From Candidatus Vogelbacteria bacterium RIFOXYD1_FULL_46_19 (GTDB taxonomy: Bacteria; Patescibacteriota; Minisyncoccia; Phycocordibacterales; XYD1-FULL-46-19), in NCBI GenBank assembly GCA_001824825.1, contig MHTK01000006.1, positions 1-46,415 on the forward strand: a stretch of DNA of 46,415 nucleotides. The letters are read 5' to 3'. The notes beneath the pieces were generated by a model that ran no database searches, had not been told where the DNA came from, and saw nothing but the letters and a program-made list of their open reading frames with translations. Positions 46,281 through 46,415 of the stretch are shown piece by piece. Position 1 is the stretch's first letter. The number at the start of each line of letters is the position of its first letter. A program made the translations under genes and the position numbers.

Positions 46281-46415
46281 TTTTCTGTCCGCCCCCAATT
46301 TTTCAAAAACAAAAAGAGGAGCAAATGGAAAATTCCGCTACCCCTCCTCGCGCCGTCGCGCTCCGGCCTTGCGAAGCTCCAAGCATTCGCTTCTCACCCT
46401 CCTTTTCCATTTGCG
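46281..46415 (-). repeat. Right copy of long inverted repeat (runs to the window end)
   Basis: 135 bp matching the reverse complement of 33995-34166 minus the 37-bp insertion. Confidence 0.95.

Larger units (their letters stand above)
33680..46415. mobile_element. Genomic island inserted at the tRNA-Ala anticodon (right end beyond the window)
   Basis: Abuts the tRNA fragment. Cargo is visibly more AT-rich than the backbone and lies between long inverted repeats. No integrase or transposase in view. Confidence 0.75.

Noticed and set aside
45719-46298. ORFs 45719-45916 and 45993-46298 on the minus strand
   Set aside because: They fall in the GC-rich hairpin region and repeat arm, with no recognisable domain.
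1-46415. CRISPR array, cas genes or prophage
   Set aside because: No regularly spaced direct repeats and no phage structural genes. The PD-(D/E)XK nuclease has no cas neighbours.
1-46415. Alternative genetic code (TGA as Gly, as in Gracilibacteria)
   Set aside because: Conserved genes are full length under code 11, and TGA ends genes such as rarA, the PRT and the deaminase.

Overview
The window looks like a Patescibacteria (CPR, Parcubacteria-like) chromosome segment using genetic code 11; this is inferred from gene content and promoter style, not from a marker gene. Positions 1-33,650 are mostly backbone. They hold small stress and membrane genes, rarA, a PIF1 helicase, tgt, and an SOS/NER cluster (uvrB, lexA, uvrA, uvrC) interrupted by an IS1595-family element with a passenger gene. 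They also hold a histidine kinase/receiver pair, ddl, three self-contained minus-strand gene cassettes (one a DUF1559 pseudopilin-like gene), and two tandem candidate structured ncRNAs between uvrA and uvrC. At 33,680 an AT-rich island begins exactly at the anticodon of an orphan tRNA-Ala 3' half and runs to the window end. Its cargo lies between long, near-identical inverted repeats (33995-34166 and 46281-46415). The cargo is one co-oriented run of 13 genes: XRE regulator, alanyl-tRNA synthetase, SsuA-type binding protein, two Thr-nucleophile sulfatase-fold enzymes, PyrE-like phosphoribosyltransferase, TMK-like kinase, nucleoside phosphorylase, SAM methyltransferase, MccF-like S66 peptidase, guanine deaminase, ABC permease and ABC ATPase. 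This set of families parallels aminoacyl-nucleoside antibiotic loci (ascamycin, nucleocidin, microcin C immunity). It is the best candidate for an undescribed system: a mobile locus that makes, or imports and dismantles, an alanyl-nucleoside compound. All assignments come from reading motifs by eye; no searches were run.
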